Below, one piece after another: positions 55,601 through 64,000 of a stretch of 64,000 nucleotides of DNA (position 1 is the stretch's first letter; every line of letters begins with the position of its first letter). Source of the DNA: an uncultured Methanomassiliicoccales archaeon (GTDB lineage Archaea > Thermoplasmatota > Thermoplasmata > Methanomassiliicoccales > UBA472); assembly GCA_963695345.1 (NCBI GenBank), contig OY968769.1, positions 224,001 to 288,000 of the forward strand. The letters run 5' to 3'. The notes below the pieces were generated by a model. It searched no databases and had not been told where the DNA came from. It was given only the letters and a program-made list of their open reading frames with translations. The position numbers and the translations under genes were made by a program.

Positions 55601-55943
55601 CACGGAGATGCTCGACGTGCTAGGCCATAAACCGAAGAGCGTCTACGGAGGAGAGGAGGCCCTGCAACAGTACGCAGGAGCCATGGCTTCGGGAGATCCC
55701 TATGATCTCGTGATCATGGACCTGACAATTCCGAACGGGATGGGGGGCAAGGAGGCGATCGTGGAGATATTGAAGATCGACCCGAACGCCAGGGTCATTG
55801 TCTCCAGCGGTTACAGCAACGATCCGGTGATGAGTGACTTCCGTAAGTTCGGCTTCAGTTACGTCATGCCTAAGCCCTACAAGATGAAAGACTTCGAACT
55901 GGCGATCGAGAACGCCATGGCAGATGGGAACGGATCCCGATAA
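52638..55943 (+). CDS. Hybrid sensor histidine kinase (7TM N-term, four PAS-like domains, HisKA, HATPase, REC)
   Basis: LAGGIAHDFNNVL, FEPYFTTK and GMGLA; receiver ILVMDDE...MDLTIP...VSSGY...KPY. Confidence 0.95.
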   Translation: MDSIATLTLYNTIIVILAFILMVVVWRMSHQPSRYVFAAIQALIMVLMASYTFDVASSSLEEKLFFNNFEYLSMTFIPSFVMVLAFMTTGKTAWLTTRRLLPLFGISSFFYLALATNNYHHLFYSDVTLASDPIYSFVTVRGPLFYAFFIAALSELVIASLIIWKANRKSGLAQQRRMKVLIAACLSPAIMTFLGIMAEDWIPSEMMVITGILLSSVLLFFGTFGFELFRMLPFTFDSTVRTLKDGVLIVDENKMVLYANPALPALIGQPKEIELAGEFLDRLLPSFPFQLLDDKVSSENQEAEEIQILPGRFYDIQVSKIHNRKHTTISSLVTIREVTERKRLEEDTRQSRELYTKIFQSSPAAIVLSRVDNGELIEVNQMFVKISGYARHELIGHTTMELGIWENDGDHGQMVELARSNGVKRNIELNYRRKDGAMRICNASPQMIELDNIHCMLSVIEDITEKLEIEERIRINEEKFRTLFDYAGDGIYIADMKGSIIDANGKALDRLGYTHDELIGKGFAEIVAPGDIPQVIAGLQELWTTGNTFRELNGLSKQGKKVLAEINARTIDITGRKMLLIISRDITERREGERALRNEKERLDVTLNNISEGVIVTDMEGRTILANNSAANMLNLERKGMVGLKLGDIYHLEGSASGEDAVSAIVKALKNGSASTSYRVKLRSDQQYLLINESASPIFEGEKMVGAVLAFHDVTAEKNLEEEISKAARLRTIGALAGGIAHDFNNVLTIIMGNIELTRKSIGSETEPEKWLDDISRALERAKELSNQLLTFSKGGAPVKRDIALAEVINDAVSELSIDRTVRVDLNLSKDLGKINVDERQMKQALMHVLKNAHEAMPEGGVLGVSAVRSLIHERNPFLSPGEYVHIQIRDTGYGIPSTEMDHIFEPYFTTKQDHAGMGLAVAYSIVKAHGGHISIDSDVERGTMVHIHLPSMKPDKPSDKMAKKPAVRKNQLKILVMDDEQMIRELATEMLDVLGHKPKSVYGGEEALQQYAGAMASGDPYDLVIMDLTIPNGMGGKEAIVEILKIDPNARVIVSSGYSNDPVMSDFRKFGFSYVMPKPYKMKDFELAIENAMADGNGSR

Positions 55944-55983
55944 GTTAAGAAGGAGCGGGGCCCGCTTTGAGGTCGGAAAACGT

Positions 55984-56907
55984 TTATTGTGGGGTATTAA
56001 ACAGGTCAGTGCTCAGATACCTCTCCCCGGTGTCTGGGGCCACGAACACTACCTTCTTTCCCTTGCCGAGCTCCACTGCCACCTGTAACGCCGCGCACAA
56101 AGCCGCTCCGGACGATATTCCGGCCAGGATCCCTTCCTTTTTAGCGAGTAGTCGTGAGTGTTCGGCTGCGTCCTCATCCTTGATCTGAATTATGCGGTCG
56201 ACCACTTTCAGGTCCAGGACCGAGGGGATGAAACCCGCACCGATCCCTTGGATCTTATGAGGTCCCCTTTTTCCTCCGGAGAGGACCGGTGAGCCCGCTG
56301 GTTCTACAGCGATGATCTCGGTCTTCATACCTTTAGACTTCAGGTATGTGCCGACTCCCGTTACCGTCCCGCCGGTCCCGACTCCAGAAACGAATGCGTC
56401 CGGTTCAGGAAGGTCCGCCAGGATCTCCCGGGCTGTGGTTTCCATGTGTATCCGCGGGTTGGCCAGGTTGTCGAACTGAAGCGGGATGAAATTGTTCGGG
56501 TCGTTGTCGCACATCTCTTTCGCCTTGCAGATGGCGCCAGGCATGCCCTCGGGTCCAGGTGTAAGCACCAATCTCGCACCTAGGGCGGCTAGCAACTTAC
56601 GCCGTTCCACTGAGAAAGTCTCTGGCATGGTGAGAACCAGCTCGTACCCCTTGGCGGCGCAGACCATGGCCAGACCGATTCCGGTGTTGCCGGATGTCGG
56701 TTCGACGATCACCTTCTTCCCAGGAGCCAAGATTCCTCTATTTTCCGCATCCTCTATCATGGCCAGAGCGATCCGGTCCTTCACCGAATGCATCGGGTTG
56801 AATGATTCTAATTTGGCGTAGATGGTCGCAGCCCCCTCCGGCGCGATCCTGTTCAAGCGTACCAGCGGTGTTCTTCCGATGGTCTCGAGCACGTTATTGT
56901 AGAGCAT
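55984..56907 (-). CDS. cysK: Cysteine synthase A (O-acetylserine sulfhydrylase)
   Basis: SVKDRIA, EPTSGNTGIGLA, GVGTGGT, HKIQGIGAG and PDTGERYLST. Confidence 0.98.
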   Translation of the reverse strand: MLYNNVLETIGRTPLVRLNRIAPEGAATIYAKLESFNPMHSVKDRIALAMIEDAENRGILAPGKKVIVEPTSGNTGIGLAMVCAAKGYELVLTMPETFSVERRKLLAALGARLVLTPGPEGMPGAICKAKEMCDNDPNNFIPLQFDNLANPRIHMETTAREILADLPEPDAFVSGVGTGGTVTGVGTYLKSKGMKTEIIAVEPAGSPVLSGGKRGPHKIQGIGAGFIPSVLDLKVVDRIIQIKDEDAAEHSRLLAKKEGILAGISSGAALCAALQVAVELGKGKKVVFVAPDTGERYLSTDLFNTPQ

Positions 56908-57104
56908 CGTTCCTCACTCCATTTCCTGACCACTTTGAACGATATTTAATCTTAGCGATTGTTAAGGATGATAACTCATCGAACCTAACCCTTTGAGGCA
57001 GGGATGAGGGAAATTTATCCGCATAAGGTGAGGGCCGATCATTTGAGGGATGATCGAAGCGGTCATGACCTATTCGATCTATGACAATGAAAGGAGGAAG
57101 AAGT

Positions 57105-57890
57105 TCATGCCTTTCCATTCTTGATGTCGTCCCAGTTATCCCTGAGCTTGCTCCAATCCCAACCGCTGATTGCCTTGTTTGCTAGAACCAGCCCCTGAGC
57201 TGCCTTCTCGGCGTAGATACCGAGAGGGAATGACTCGATGAAGCTTCGATTGACCGCGCCGCCGGCGCAGATGAACGGCAGTTCGATACCTTTCTCCATG
57301 AGCTTGTTGGCGATCCTTGGGAACGCCGTCATGGTGGCGGTCATCAGGGCGGTCCCGGTCAGCACAATGGCTTCCGTCCGGATCACCGTCTTGACCACGT
57401 CGTCTACCGGCACATCCCGGCCCATATCGACCACACCGAACCCGTTGGATCTGAACATCACAACCGCGATATTCTTTCCGATATCGTGCGGGTCACCCTC
57501 TGCCACGTGCATGACGACCTTCCCTTTGCCGAGGAATTGGCCTTTCATGGTCCTTTCCGCGAATTTCAATCCGATGTCGAAGGCGTCGGAAGCCACCATG
57601 ACCTGCGGCAAATAGTAGATGCCACGGGCATAGAGTTCGCTTACCACCTCCATCCCTCTTAAGAGCCCTTTTTCGACCAGCTCCTCTGGACTGAACTTGG
57701 TAAGGGCGGCCTTGGTGTCGGCCTCAATCTCCTTATATCGCATCTGGACAACGTCCTCCGCGACCTTTTTGAGAAGTGGGTCCTTGGGGAGTATCTTGCT
57801 GGCGATCTCCTCCGGGCTGTCCTTGGCTTCAACCAGGATATCATATCTCTTGAATATTGGATCAAAATCGATATCGCTGAGATCAAACAT
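57105..57890 (-). CDS. mtaC: Methanol corrinoid protein, second copy
   Basis: EGDPHDIGKNI B12-binding motif, MGRDVP, GTALMT and CAGGAVN; colinear with 59639-60424. Confidence 0.9.
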   Translation of the reverse strand: MFDLSDIDFDPIFKRYDILVEAKDSPEEIASKILPKDPLLKKVAEDVVQMRYKEIEADTKAALTKFSPEELVEKGLLRGMEVVSELYARGIYYLPQVMVASDAFDIGLKFAERTMKGQFLGKGKVVMHVAEGDPHDIGKNIAVVMFRSNGFGVVDMGRDVPVDDVVKTVIRTEAIVLTGTALMTATMTAFPRIANKLMEKGIELPFICAGGAVNRSFIESFPLGIYAEKAAQGLVLANKAISGWDWSKLRDNWDDIKNGKA

Positions 57891-58165
57891 GTAGAGGCCC
57901 CGTTTTCTATTGATTATTGGTACTCTTCCGACACTGTCACGCAGATGGGGATTCATTTTGAATGTATTTATAGTACAATTTTATTTCTGATAATTATTAT
58001 AATAAGGTCGTTCGTAGCGAACCATGCCCTTATGGATATTGGTGGATGGTTTGTCCAAGAAATGCCTTCACTTGATATAGTTGACTTGTTGTGGTAACGA
58101 GGTCGATCTGACACTGATTCTGTTTTCAGAACAAGAGTGAATTATCGCCATCATATTTGCGGTTA

Positions 58166-58190
58166 GAAAAAGAAGGGAAAAGGTTTTTGA
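58166..58190 (-). terminator. Oligo-U terminator after mtaB
   Basis: Minus strand reads CCTTTTCCCTTCTTTTTTCT shortly after the stop codon. Confidence 0.5.
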
Positions 58191-58214
58191 AAGAGTTTGC
58201 CGAATCTAAGAGTT

Positions 58215-59621
58215 TTACAACTCGTAGTTCTTCGGGTTGAACGCCTGGACGTCCTTGTAGGCCTTGAGGCACTGGTCGAGGAACTTGGACTCCTCGTCCG
58301 GCAGGGCCTTCAAGTCGGTCATGACCTTGTTCAGCATGTCGCTCTCGTGCTTGGAGAGCTTCAGGCCGTTCTTGGTCTTGGCGGACTCGGAGATCAACTC
58401 GGCTGCCTTCAGACCGGCTGCCTTTGACCTCAGGTATATGCTGTCGCCTTCTGCGACAATTGCCTCACCGATCTTGTAGGCGTTGTCGTAGCGCAGACAG
58501 AATGCCTCTGGGGATCTGTACGAGTCGCATGCGGCGTAGATGTCCCTGAGGACCTTGTCCTGCTTCAGCTGCTTGGCGGTGTTCATCAAGGCGGCTTCGT
58601 ATCCTATGACTCCGAGCCAGCACTGTACGGATGAGCCACCGAACTCTGGGTGGTATTCAACCGACTCGTTGGACCACAGGTCGCAGGTCGAGGCGATCAG
58701 GTTACCCATCAGGTCAGCATGTGCGTCCTGGGCTCCCTTTCCCTCTTGGGCGGATGGGCGTCCAGAGATTGCCTTCAGGATCGGGCCTTCATAGCCGCAG
58801 TCCTTGTCCGGGCCAGTTGCACCGCACTCGATTGCCACCAGGGTTCTGGCGGAAGCGATGCAGCGGGTAACTGCCGCGAAGGTCCTCGGGATATCCTTGT
58901 CCAGGTAGCCACCGGCCATGAACATCGAGGTGTTGGCGCCTGCGCAGTTTGTGTCTCCGCCGGCGATGACCTTGTTCTTCTTGGCGATGTCAACGATCTT
59001 GGTCCACATGTACTCCATGTCGATGGAGCCCAGGTAGCCGATACCGAAGAGCCATCCGCGGATATCCTGGTGCAGGATACCGTAGTCGGACATCTCCTTG
59101 CCGCCCATGGATTCGATCGAGAGGACATCGGCGCCGTTCTTGGCTGCGACTTCGATGGACTCGATGACCTTCTCCGGGTAGGAGGACTTCTTGTCCATGC
59201 CTTCCCTCAGGCCCTTCTCGGCCTCTCTCATGTCAGGCAGGGTGTGCCTGATGGCGGTTGCAATGCCGTACTCATCGTGGTACTTCTTCATGCACTCCTT
59301 CTGGCCTGCGACAACTGGCTTGGCGAACTTTTCCGGGTCGTTTCCGAGCTGGAAAATCCACTCGTTCTCCAGCTGAACTGCTGGGAAACCGAGGGTTACT
59401 GCCCTGTCCATGATGTCCTTGGTTATGTAGTCGACGTACTCGCGCCTCAGGGTGTCCGGGTTCTTCTCAGCGCCGGGCCTTGGGGCGAAGTTGATCTCTG
59501 GTACAACGAATCCCGCACCGGCCTTCATTCCGAGACCGTATGATACCGGGTATTTCGCGTCACCGAAGACGAGGTCGTCTGCGCTCTTGACTTCCATCTT
59601 TGTGAATCTCTTTACTGCCAT
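58215..59621 (-). CDS. mtaB: Methanol:corrinoid methyltransferase
   Basis: PEINFAPRP, LSIESMGGKE, GDTNCAGAN, GPDKDCGYEG, AHADLMGNL and DLWSNESVE, including the E/C/C Zn-ligand motifs. Confidence 0.97.
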   Translation of the reverse strand: MAVKRFTKMEVKSADDLVFGDAKYPVSYGLGMKAGAGFVVPEINFAPRPGAEKNPDTLRREYVDYITKDIMDRAVTLGFPAVQLENEWIFQLGNDPEKFAKPVVAGQKECMKKYHDEYGIATAIRHTLPDMREAEKGLREGMDKKSSYPEKVIESIEVAAKNGADVLSIESMGGKEMSDYGILHQDIRGWLFGIGYLGSIDMEYMWTKIVDIAKKNKVIAGGDTNCAGANTSMFMAGGYLDKDIPRTFAAVTRCIASARTLVAIECGATGPDKDCGYEGPILKAISGRPSAQEGKGAQDAHADLMGNLIASTCDLWSNESVEYHPEFGGSSVQCWLGVIGYEAALMNTAKQLKQDKVLRDIYAACDSYRSPEAFCLRYDNAYKIGEAIVAEGDSIYLRSKAAGLKAAELISESAKTKNGLKLSKHESDMLNKVMTDLKALPDEESKFLDQCLKAYKDVQAFNPKNYEL

Positions 59622-59638
59622 GTTTAGCACCTCCTAAT

Positions 59639-60424
59639 TTACGCCTTCCCGCTTGTGATGTCGTCCCACTTGGAGCGAATCTTCTTCCAGTCCCAGCCAT
59701 CGATTGCCTTGTTGGCAATTCCCGGTCCCTGAGCTGCGGCTGCAGCGTAGATACCGAGTGGGTAAGACTCTACGAACGACCTGTTCACTGCACCGCCGGC
59801 GCAGATGAACGGGATCTCCATTCCGTTCTCGACGAGCCTCTGGGCTACCTTCGGGAATGCGGACATGGTGGTGGTCATGAGTGCGGTTCCGGTTACGAGC
59901 TGGGGCTTGACTTCCAGGCAGGTCTTCACTACATCATCAACCGGTACATCCCGGCCCATGTCAGTGACACCGTATCCGTTGGATCTCAGCATAACGGCGG
60001 CGATGTTCTTGCCGATGTCGTGCGGGTCTCCCTCGGCGACCATCATGACGACGTGGCCCTTCATGACCCTGTCGCCCTTCATGGCCTTCTCAGCGACCTT
60101 GATGCCCTTGTCGAATGCGTCTGCGGCGACCATGACGTGCGGCAGGTAGTAGATACCCCGTCCGTACAGCTCGGCGACGACATCCATTCCCTTCAGGAGT
60201 CCCTGCTCAACCAGGACTTCCGGGGTATGCTTGGCCAGTGCGGCCTTTGCATCAGCCTCGACGTCCTTGTACTTCATGAATACAACGTCTTCGGCGACTT
60301 TCTTCAACAAAGCGTCCTTCGGGAGAATCTTTGCTGCTATGTCTTCTGGCTTCTCTTTAGCCTCTACGAGGATATCGTAGCGCTTGAAGATCTGGTCGTA
60401 GTTTACACTACTTAGGTCCATCAT
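59639..60424 (-). CDS. mtaC: Methanol corrinoid protein
   Basis: EGDPHDIGKNI and GTALMTTTM; GAGGTG SD; 17 bp upstream of mtaB. Confidence 0.95.
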   Translation of the reverse strand: MMDLSSVNYDQIFKRYDILVEAKEKPEDIAAKILPKDALLKKVAEDVVFMKYKDVEADAKAALAKHTPEVLVEQGLLKGMDVVAELYGRGIYYLPHVMVAADAFDKGIKVAEKAMKGDRVMKGHVVMMVAEGDPHDIGKNIAAVMLRSNGYGVTDMGRDVPVDDVVKTCLEVKPQLVTGTALMTTTMSAFPKVAQRLVENGMEIPFICAGGAVNRSFVESYPLGIYAAAAAQGPGIANKAIDGWDWKKIRSKWDDITSGKA

Positions 60425-61141
60425 TTTATACACCTCAGATATCCCAAAATCCCAATCGAGGATCTTAGGGTCTCCTCCGGGACAGGGGATTCCTTTTCCG
60501 TGTATATAAATCAATTGTTATTGTGATAAATTCATAACTCAACTGAGTGAATAAAAATACTCAACTAAATGATGATATTGCGCACAAAAAATCAATTACT
60601 GGATATCATTAATAGAAAAAAATTATTAATTAATCTGCTTAAATACCAAAAATTGACAGAACAGATATATTAGCAATAAATAATATAATGATTCCTATAA
60701 TCAATTGTCTTTTCAAATCTCCGTTTTAGCATATTGTATCCAGCCGGAAATTGCCCTCGGTCGAAATACTCGTCACAGATTTCCCTGCATAATGGAATAA
60801 TCAGAGTAACTTTGGAATATATGATTCCACATGATTATGCCCTTCATCCACTATCATGAATGATATTTGCCCCATGATTCAGTATGTGCCAGATATTTTT
60901 ATTAGTTACGGAAGAAGAATGATAAAGATCAATATTCATTTGATGACGATTGGGCTATTGATGTGGGTCTGATACCAGTTCCCCGCGACGTAGGTAATTT
61001 ACGACGTTTTTCAATTCATATCTGAATTTTTTGAGCCGATAGTGAGTTTGAAATAATCACTCTTGGTTATGACCTTGAAAGGTTAACGATTGTTTGGAAA
61101 TCATTCGTGTGACTGCATACCGTGAGAAGGAACGTGATTTC
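60425..61141. promoter_or_regulatory. About 700 bp AT-rich divergent control region between mtaCB and the homocysteine operon
   Basis: TTTATATA on the minus strand at 60503-60510; direct repeat ACTCAACTRARTGA at 60537 and 60559; markedly lower GC than the flanking genes. Confidence 0.7.
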
Positions 61142-62308
61142 GTGAAAAGGACCTATGAAGAGATCAACGCGAGGATCGCCAAAGGTGACGCTGTCGTCAT
61201 GACCGCAGAGGAGGTCATCGATTTAGTCAGGGTGGAAGGGGTCGAACGGGCGGCTGAAGAGGTTGATGTTGTCACCACGGGAACTTTCGGAGCGATGTGC
61301 TCATCGGGGGCATTCTTGAACTTTGGTCACGCAGAACCGCCCATCAAAATGCAAAAGGTTTGGCTGAACGATGTCCCGGCATTTACCGGCCTGGCCGCTG
61401 TGGATGCCTATGTGGGAGCCACTGAGACCAAGGAGAATGGCGACATCAGCTACGGAGGGGCGAATATCATAGAAGACCTGGTTGCCGGCAAATCGATAAA
61501 GCTGAGGGCAACGGCATACGGGACCGACTGCTATCCTCGCCGAGAGATCGAAACCCACATTTCCCTGAGGACGATCAACCAAGCCTACCTCTTCAATCCA
61601 CGGAACATGTATCAGAACTATGCCGTGGCCACCAATTCATCGGACAAGACCCTGTATACGTATATGGGAAAACTGCTTCCACACAACGGCAACGCCACTT
61701 TCAGCAGTGCCGGTCAGCTTTCTCCGTTATTGAAGGACCCTACATTGCGCACCATCGGCATTGGTACCAGGATATTTCTCGGGGGCGGAAAGGGCTACGT
61801 CTCCTGGGAGGGCACCCAGTTCAAGACCAACGTACCGACAAGGAACGGAGTCCCGACCATGGCGGCCCGGGCGCTGGCGGTCATTGGTGATCTACGTGGC
61901 ATGTCCCCGGAATACCTCAGGGCACTTCACTTCACCAGGTACGGTGTCTCCCTGGGGGTCGGCATCGGCGTCCCGATCCCCATTCTAGATGAGTCGATCA
62001 TGAGGTCCGCCGCGAGGACCGACGCAGAAATATTCGCACCGGTCCTGGACTATGGAGTACAATCGCGGGACAGGAAGGCCATCAAGGAGGTGAGCTACAT
62101 GGAACTCAAGAGCGGAACCATCAACATCAACGAAAAAGAGGTGCGCACCTCCTCCCTCTCCAGTTATCGTAAGGCAAGGGACATTGCGGTCAAGTTGAGG
62201 GACTGGATCCGGAATGGCGAGTTCCTACTGACCTCCCCGGTCGAACTGATGCCCGATGAACGGATACAGAAGACCTTGGACGCGCATGCCAACTGGGAGT
62301 TGGTATGA
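61142..62308 (+). CDS. L-aspartate semialdehyde sulfurtransferase (MA1821/DUF39 homocysteine biosynthesis protein) without CBS domains
   Basis: VDVVTTGTFGAMCSSG, GLAAVD, GTDCYPR, PRNMYQNY and TIGIGTRIFLGG. Confidence 0.93.
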   Translation: MKRTYEEINARIAKGDAVVMTAEEVIDLVRVEGVERAAEEVDVVTTGTFGAMCSSGAFLNFGHAEPPIKMQKVWLNDVPAFTGLAAVDAYVGATETKENGDISYGGANIIEDLVAGKSIKLRATAYGTDCYPRREIETHISLRTINQAYLFNPRNMYQNYAVATNSSDKTLYTYMGKLLPHNGNATFSSAGQLSPLLKDPTLRTIGIGTRIFLGGGKGYVSWEGTQFKTNVPTRNGVPTMAARALAVIGDLRGMSPEYLRALHFTRYGVSLGVGIGVPIPILDESIMRSAARTDAEIFAPVLDYGVQSRDRKAIKEVSYMELKSGTININEKEVRTSSLSSYRKARDIAVKLRDWIRNGEFLLTSPVELMPDERIQKTLDAHANWELV

Positions 62309-62730
62309 TGACGGTCAGGAAGTTTCTGCTCGTGTTCCCACCGGCCGTGGCCAACCAGCCGGTCACCCATGGCCTCTGGCGGAATTTCGACATATCGGTC
62401 AACATATTGAAGGCGGACATCGATGAGAGCGGGGGAAGGCTGTTCATCGAATTGACCGGCGCACCAGATGAGACCGCCAAGGCACTGGACTACCTGGCCA
62501 AACATAAGGTCCGGGTCGAAGAGCTGAAGAACTACGTCCGGAGGGACGGGAAGAAGTGCACCGACTGCGGAATGTGCGTGTCCATCTGCCCGGTGAAGGC
62601 GTACGAGATGGACCGGTCAGACTACCATGTCATATTTCACCTGGAGAGGTGCGTCGCCTGCGGCCGTTGCCTCGACGCCTGCCCTCCCGGGGCCCTATCG
62701 AAGGGGCGTTCGTCGGTCGTGTCCCAGTGA
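62305..62730 (+). CDS. NIL domain + 2x[4Fe-4S] ferredoxin (MA1822-like partner)
   Basis: VNILKADI NIL domain; CTDCGMCVSICP and CVACGRCLDACP; ATGA overlap. Confidence 0.92.
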   Translation: MMTVRKFLLVFPPAVANQPVTHGLWRNFDISVNILKADIDESGGRLFIELTGAPDETAKALDYLAKHKVRVEELKNYVRRDGKKCTDCGMCVSICPVKAYEMDRSDYHVIFHLERCVACGRCLDACPPGALSKGRSSVVSQ

Positions 62731-62787
62731 ACTGCCGGAAGAGGCGGTGCCATTCTTCGGTAGGTTGCCATAAGGGTCCGGTATGGT

Positions 62788-64000
62788 TCACTTTTCCTTC
62801 TTCTCGACCGCCTTTCCCCGCCGGAGCCTGCGTGCGCCCGCTATCAGCACCGCGCACAGGACGATCGGCGGGATCAGGACGGCGGCGAGGACGATCCATT
62901 CGTTGCCCTCGTTGACCTGACCGAGCTCGAAGAGACCGGTCGACGAGCCGAACGCCACCGTGCCGTTCACGGTGATAGCCGGAGAGCCGACCGACCCAGT
63001 GCTGATCCGATATGTCCAGCGCACCACCCCGTCGGTTTGGACCGAATACATGGTGGTATCAGACCCGGCGTAGCATATTCCCTTGGAATCAATGGCCAAC
63101 GACCGAGTGACGTTGAATCCGTCGAGCTTCAGGATCCAGTCGACACTTCCGTTCTGGTCTATCGCCAACAGGTTACCGTTCCCGGTCAGGAGCATCGAAG
63201 TCCCGTCGGGACCAATGCCCACCGAGGACCGGATAGGCTCACCGGTATAGAACGACCAGACGAGCTTTCCGGCCGGGCTGATGCAGAAGACCGTACCCTC
63301 GTCGGTTCCGAAGTGGATGTTGCCCATCGAATCGATCGAGGGCGATGATCGCACCGGGCCCGAGGCCAGGAACTTCCATAGCACAGTCCCGTCGTACGCG
63401 ACCGCGTAAAGCCCTCCATCGTCTGACCCGAAATAGATGGCACCGTCCGATGACACGGCCGGTGATGAGCGCGAGGTGACGTTCTGCAGGACCCTCCAAT
63501 TGAGATCGCCATCCAAGGTGAACGACATCAGACCGGCCGATGTGACATAGATAGTACTATTGCCCACTATCGTAGGCGAGGACCAGATAGGCGCGCTGGT
63601 GTTGAAATCCCACCACATGCTGCCATTCCCGTCCAGGCAGTAGATCGACATGTCAAGGCTGCCCACATAGGCGGTATCGTTCCAGCCTACCGCCGGCGTT
63701 CCCACGAGGCTACCGTTACCCACGTGCCGGTTCATGGCGGCTTGGTCTGCGCTCATCCGGTAAAGGACCGTGCCCGAGCTGGCGAAGTACGTTCCCCGGG
63801 CCGAAATGACGATCGAGGCATTGCCTGTCGCCCAGATCGGTACCCAGTTGACCGCTTGACCCGGGTTGGCCGATGTATCGAAGGAGGACCGGCAGGTGTG
63901 GCCTTGATCGGCCATGAACATGGGCCAGGGTGCCGCAGCGGCCTCCGCGTACGCGCTCTGACCGACCATCGACGTCATGGTCAGGGTCAGCAGCGCGGTT
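62788..64000 (-). CDS. PQQ-like beta-propeller surface protein with C-terminal TM anchor (5' end outside the window)
   Basis: WPMF, repeated SSPA...DG.IYFGS.DG.LYA...G...W blades; TM plus basic tail. Confidence 0.9.
   Translation of the reverse strand, partial: TALLTLTMTSMVGQSAYAEAAAAPWPMFMADQGHTCRSSFDTSANPGQAVNWVPIWATGNASIVISARGTYFASSGTVLYRMSADQAAMNRHVGNGSLVGTPAVGWNDTAYVGSLDMSIYCLDGNGSMWWDFNTSAPIWSSPTIVGNSTIYVTSAGLMSFTLDGDLNWRVLQNVTSRSSPAVSSDGAIYFGSDDGGLYAVAYDGTVLWKFLASGPVRSSPSIDSMGNIHFGTDEGTVFCISPAGKLVWSFYTGEPIRSSVGIGPDGTSMLLTGNGNLLAIDQNGSVDWILKLDGFNVTRSLAIDSKGICYAGSDTTMYSVQTDGVVRWTYRISTGSVGSPAITVNGTVAFGSSTGLFELGQVNEGNEWIVLAAVLIPPIVLCAVLIAGARRLRRGKAVEKKEK

Noticed and set aside
56960-57100. 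DtxR half-site (TTAGGTT) or SAM riboswitch upstream of cysK
   Set aside because: Only one half-site is present and no SAM-riboswitch consensus is recognisable.
60425-61141. Replication origin or CRISPR leader in the long AT-rich spacer
   Set aside because: No ORB-like G-string repeats, no adjacent cdc6/orc1 and no repeat-spacer array; it is adequately explained as divergent promoters.

Overview
Archaeal chromosome segment, almost certainly from a methylotrophic Methanomassiliicoccales (Thermoplasmatota) methanogen. The evidence is mtaC-mtaB-mtaC, archaeal TpiA, FBP aldolase/phosphatase, Trm1, MptD and GluRS, the MA1821/MA1822 homocysteine pair, and a Thermoplasmata-type discriminating AspRS. 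The window is mostly housekeeping and metabolic: gluconeogenesis, aspS/gltX/cysS, purA, nadA, sod, a vor + acyl-CoA synthetase cluster, UbiD, dtxR-feoB, cysE/cysK, two large sensor kinases and an ABC exporter. Many conserved genes carry single-base frameshifts, densest at 27.6-32.1 kb, which look like long-read indel errors; joined coordinates are my manual reconstructions. I found no rRNA, tRNA, CRISPR array, integrase or transposase, and no clearly novel multi-gene system. Best leads: an MccF-type (microcin C immunity) peptidase beside aspS with an SdpI-like gene nearby; a phage-free RusA resolvase; an unannotated 50-aa gene; a K+-channel homologue with a TLGSSD filter; a Cys-rich GAF kinase; a radical SAM enzyme coupled to cysE-cysS; a CTG start for purA; a DtxR operator; and hairpin-dense intergenic spacers.
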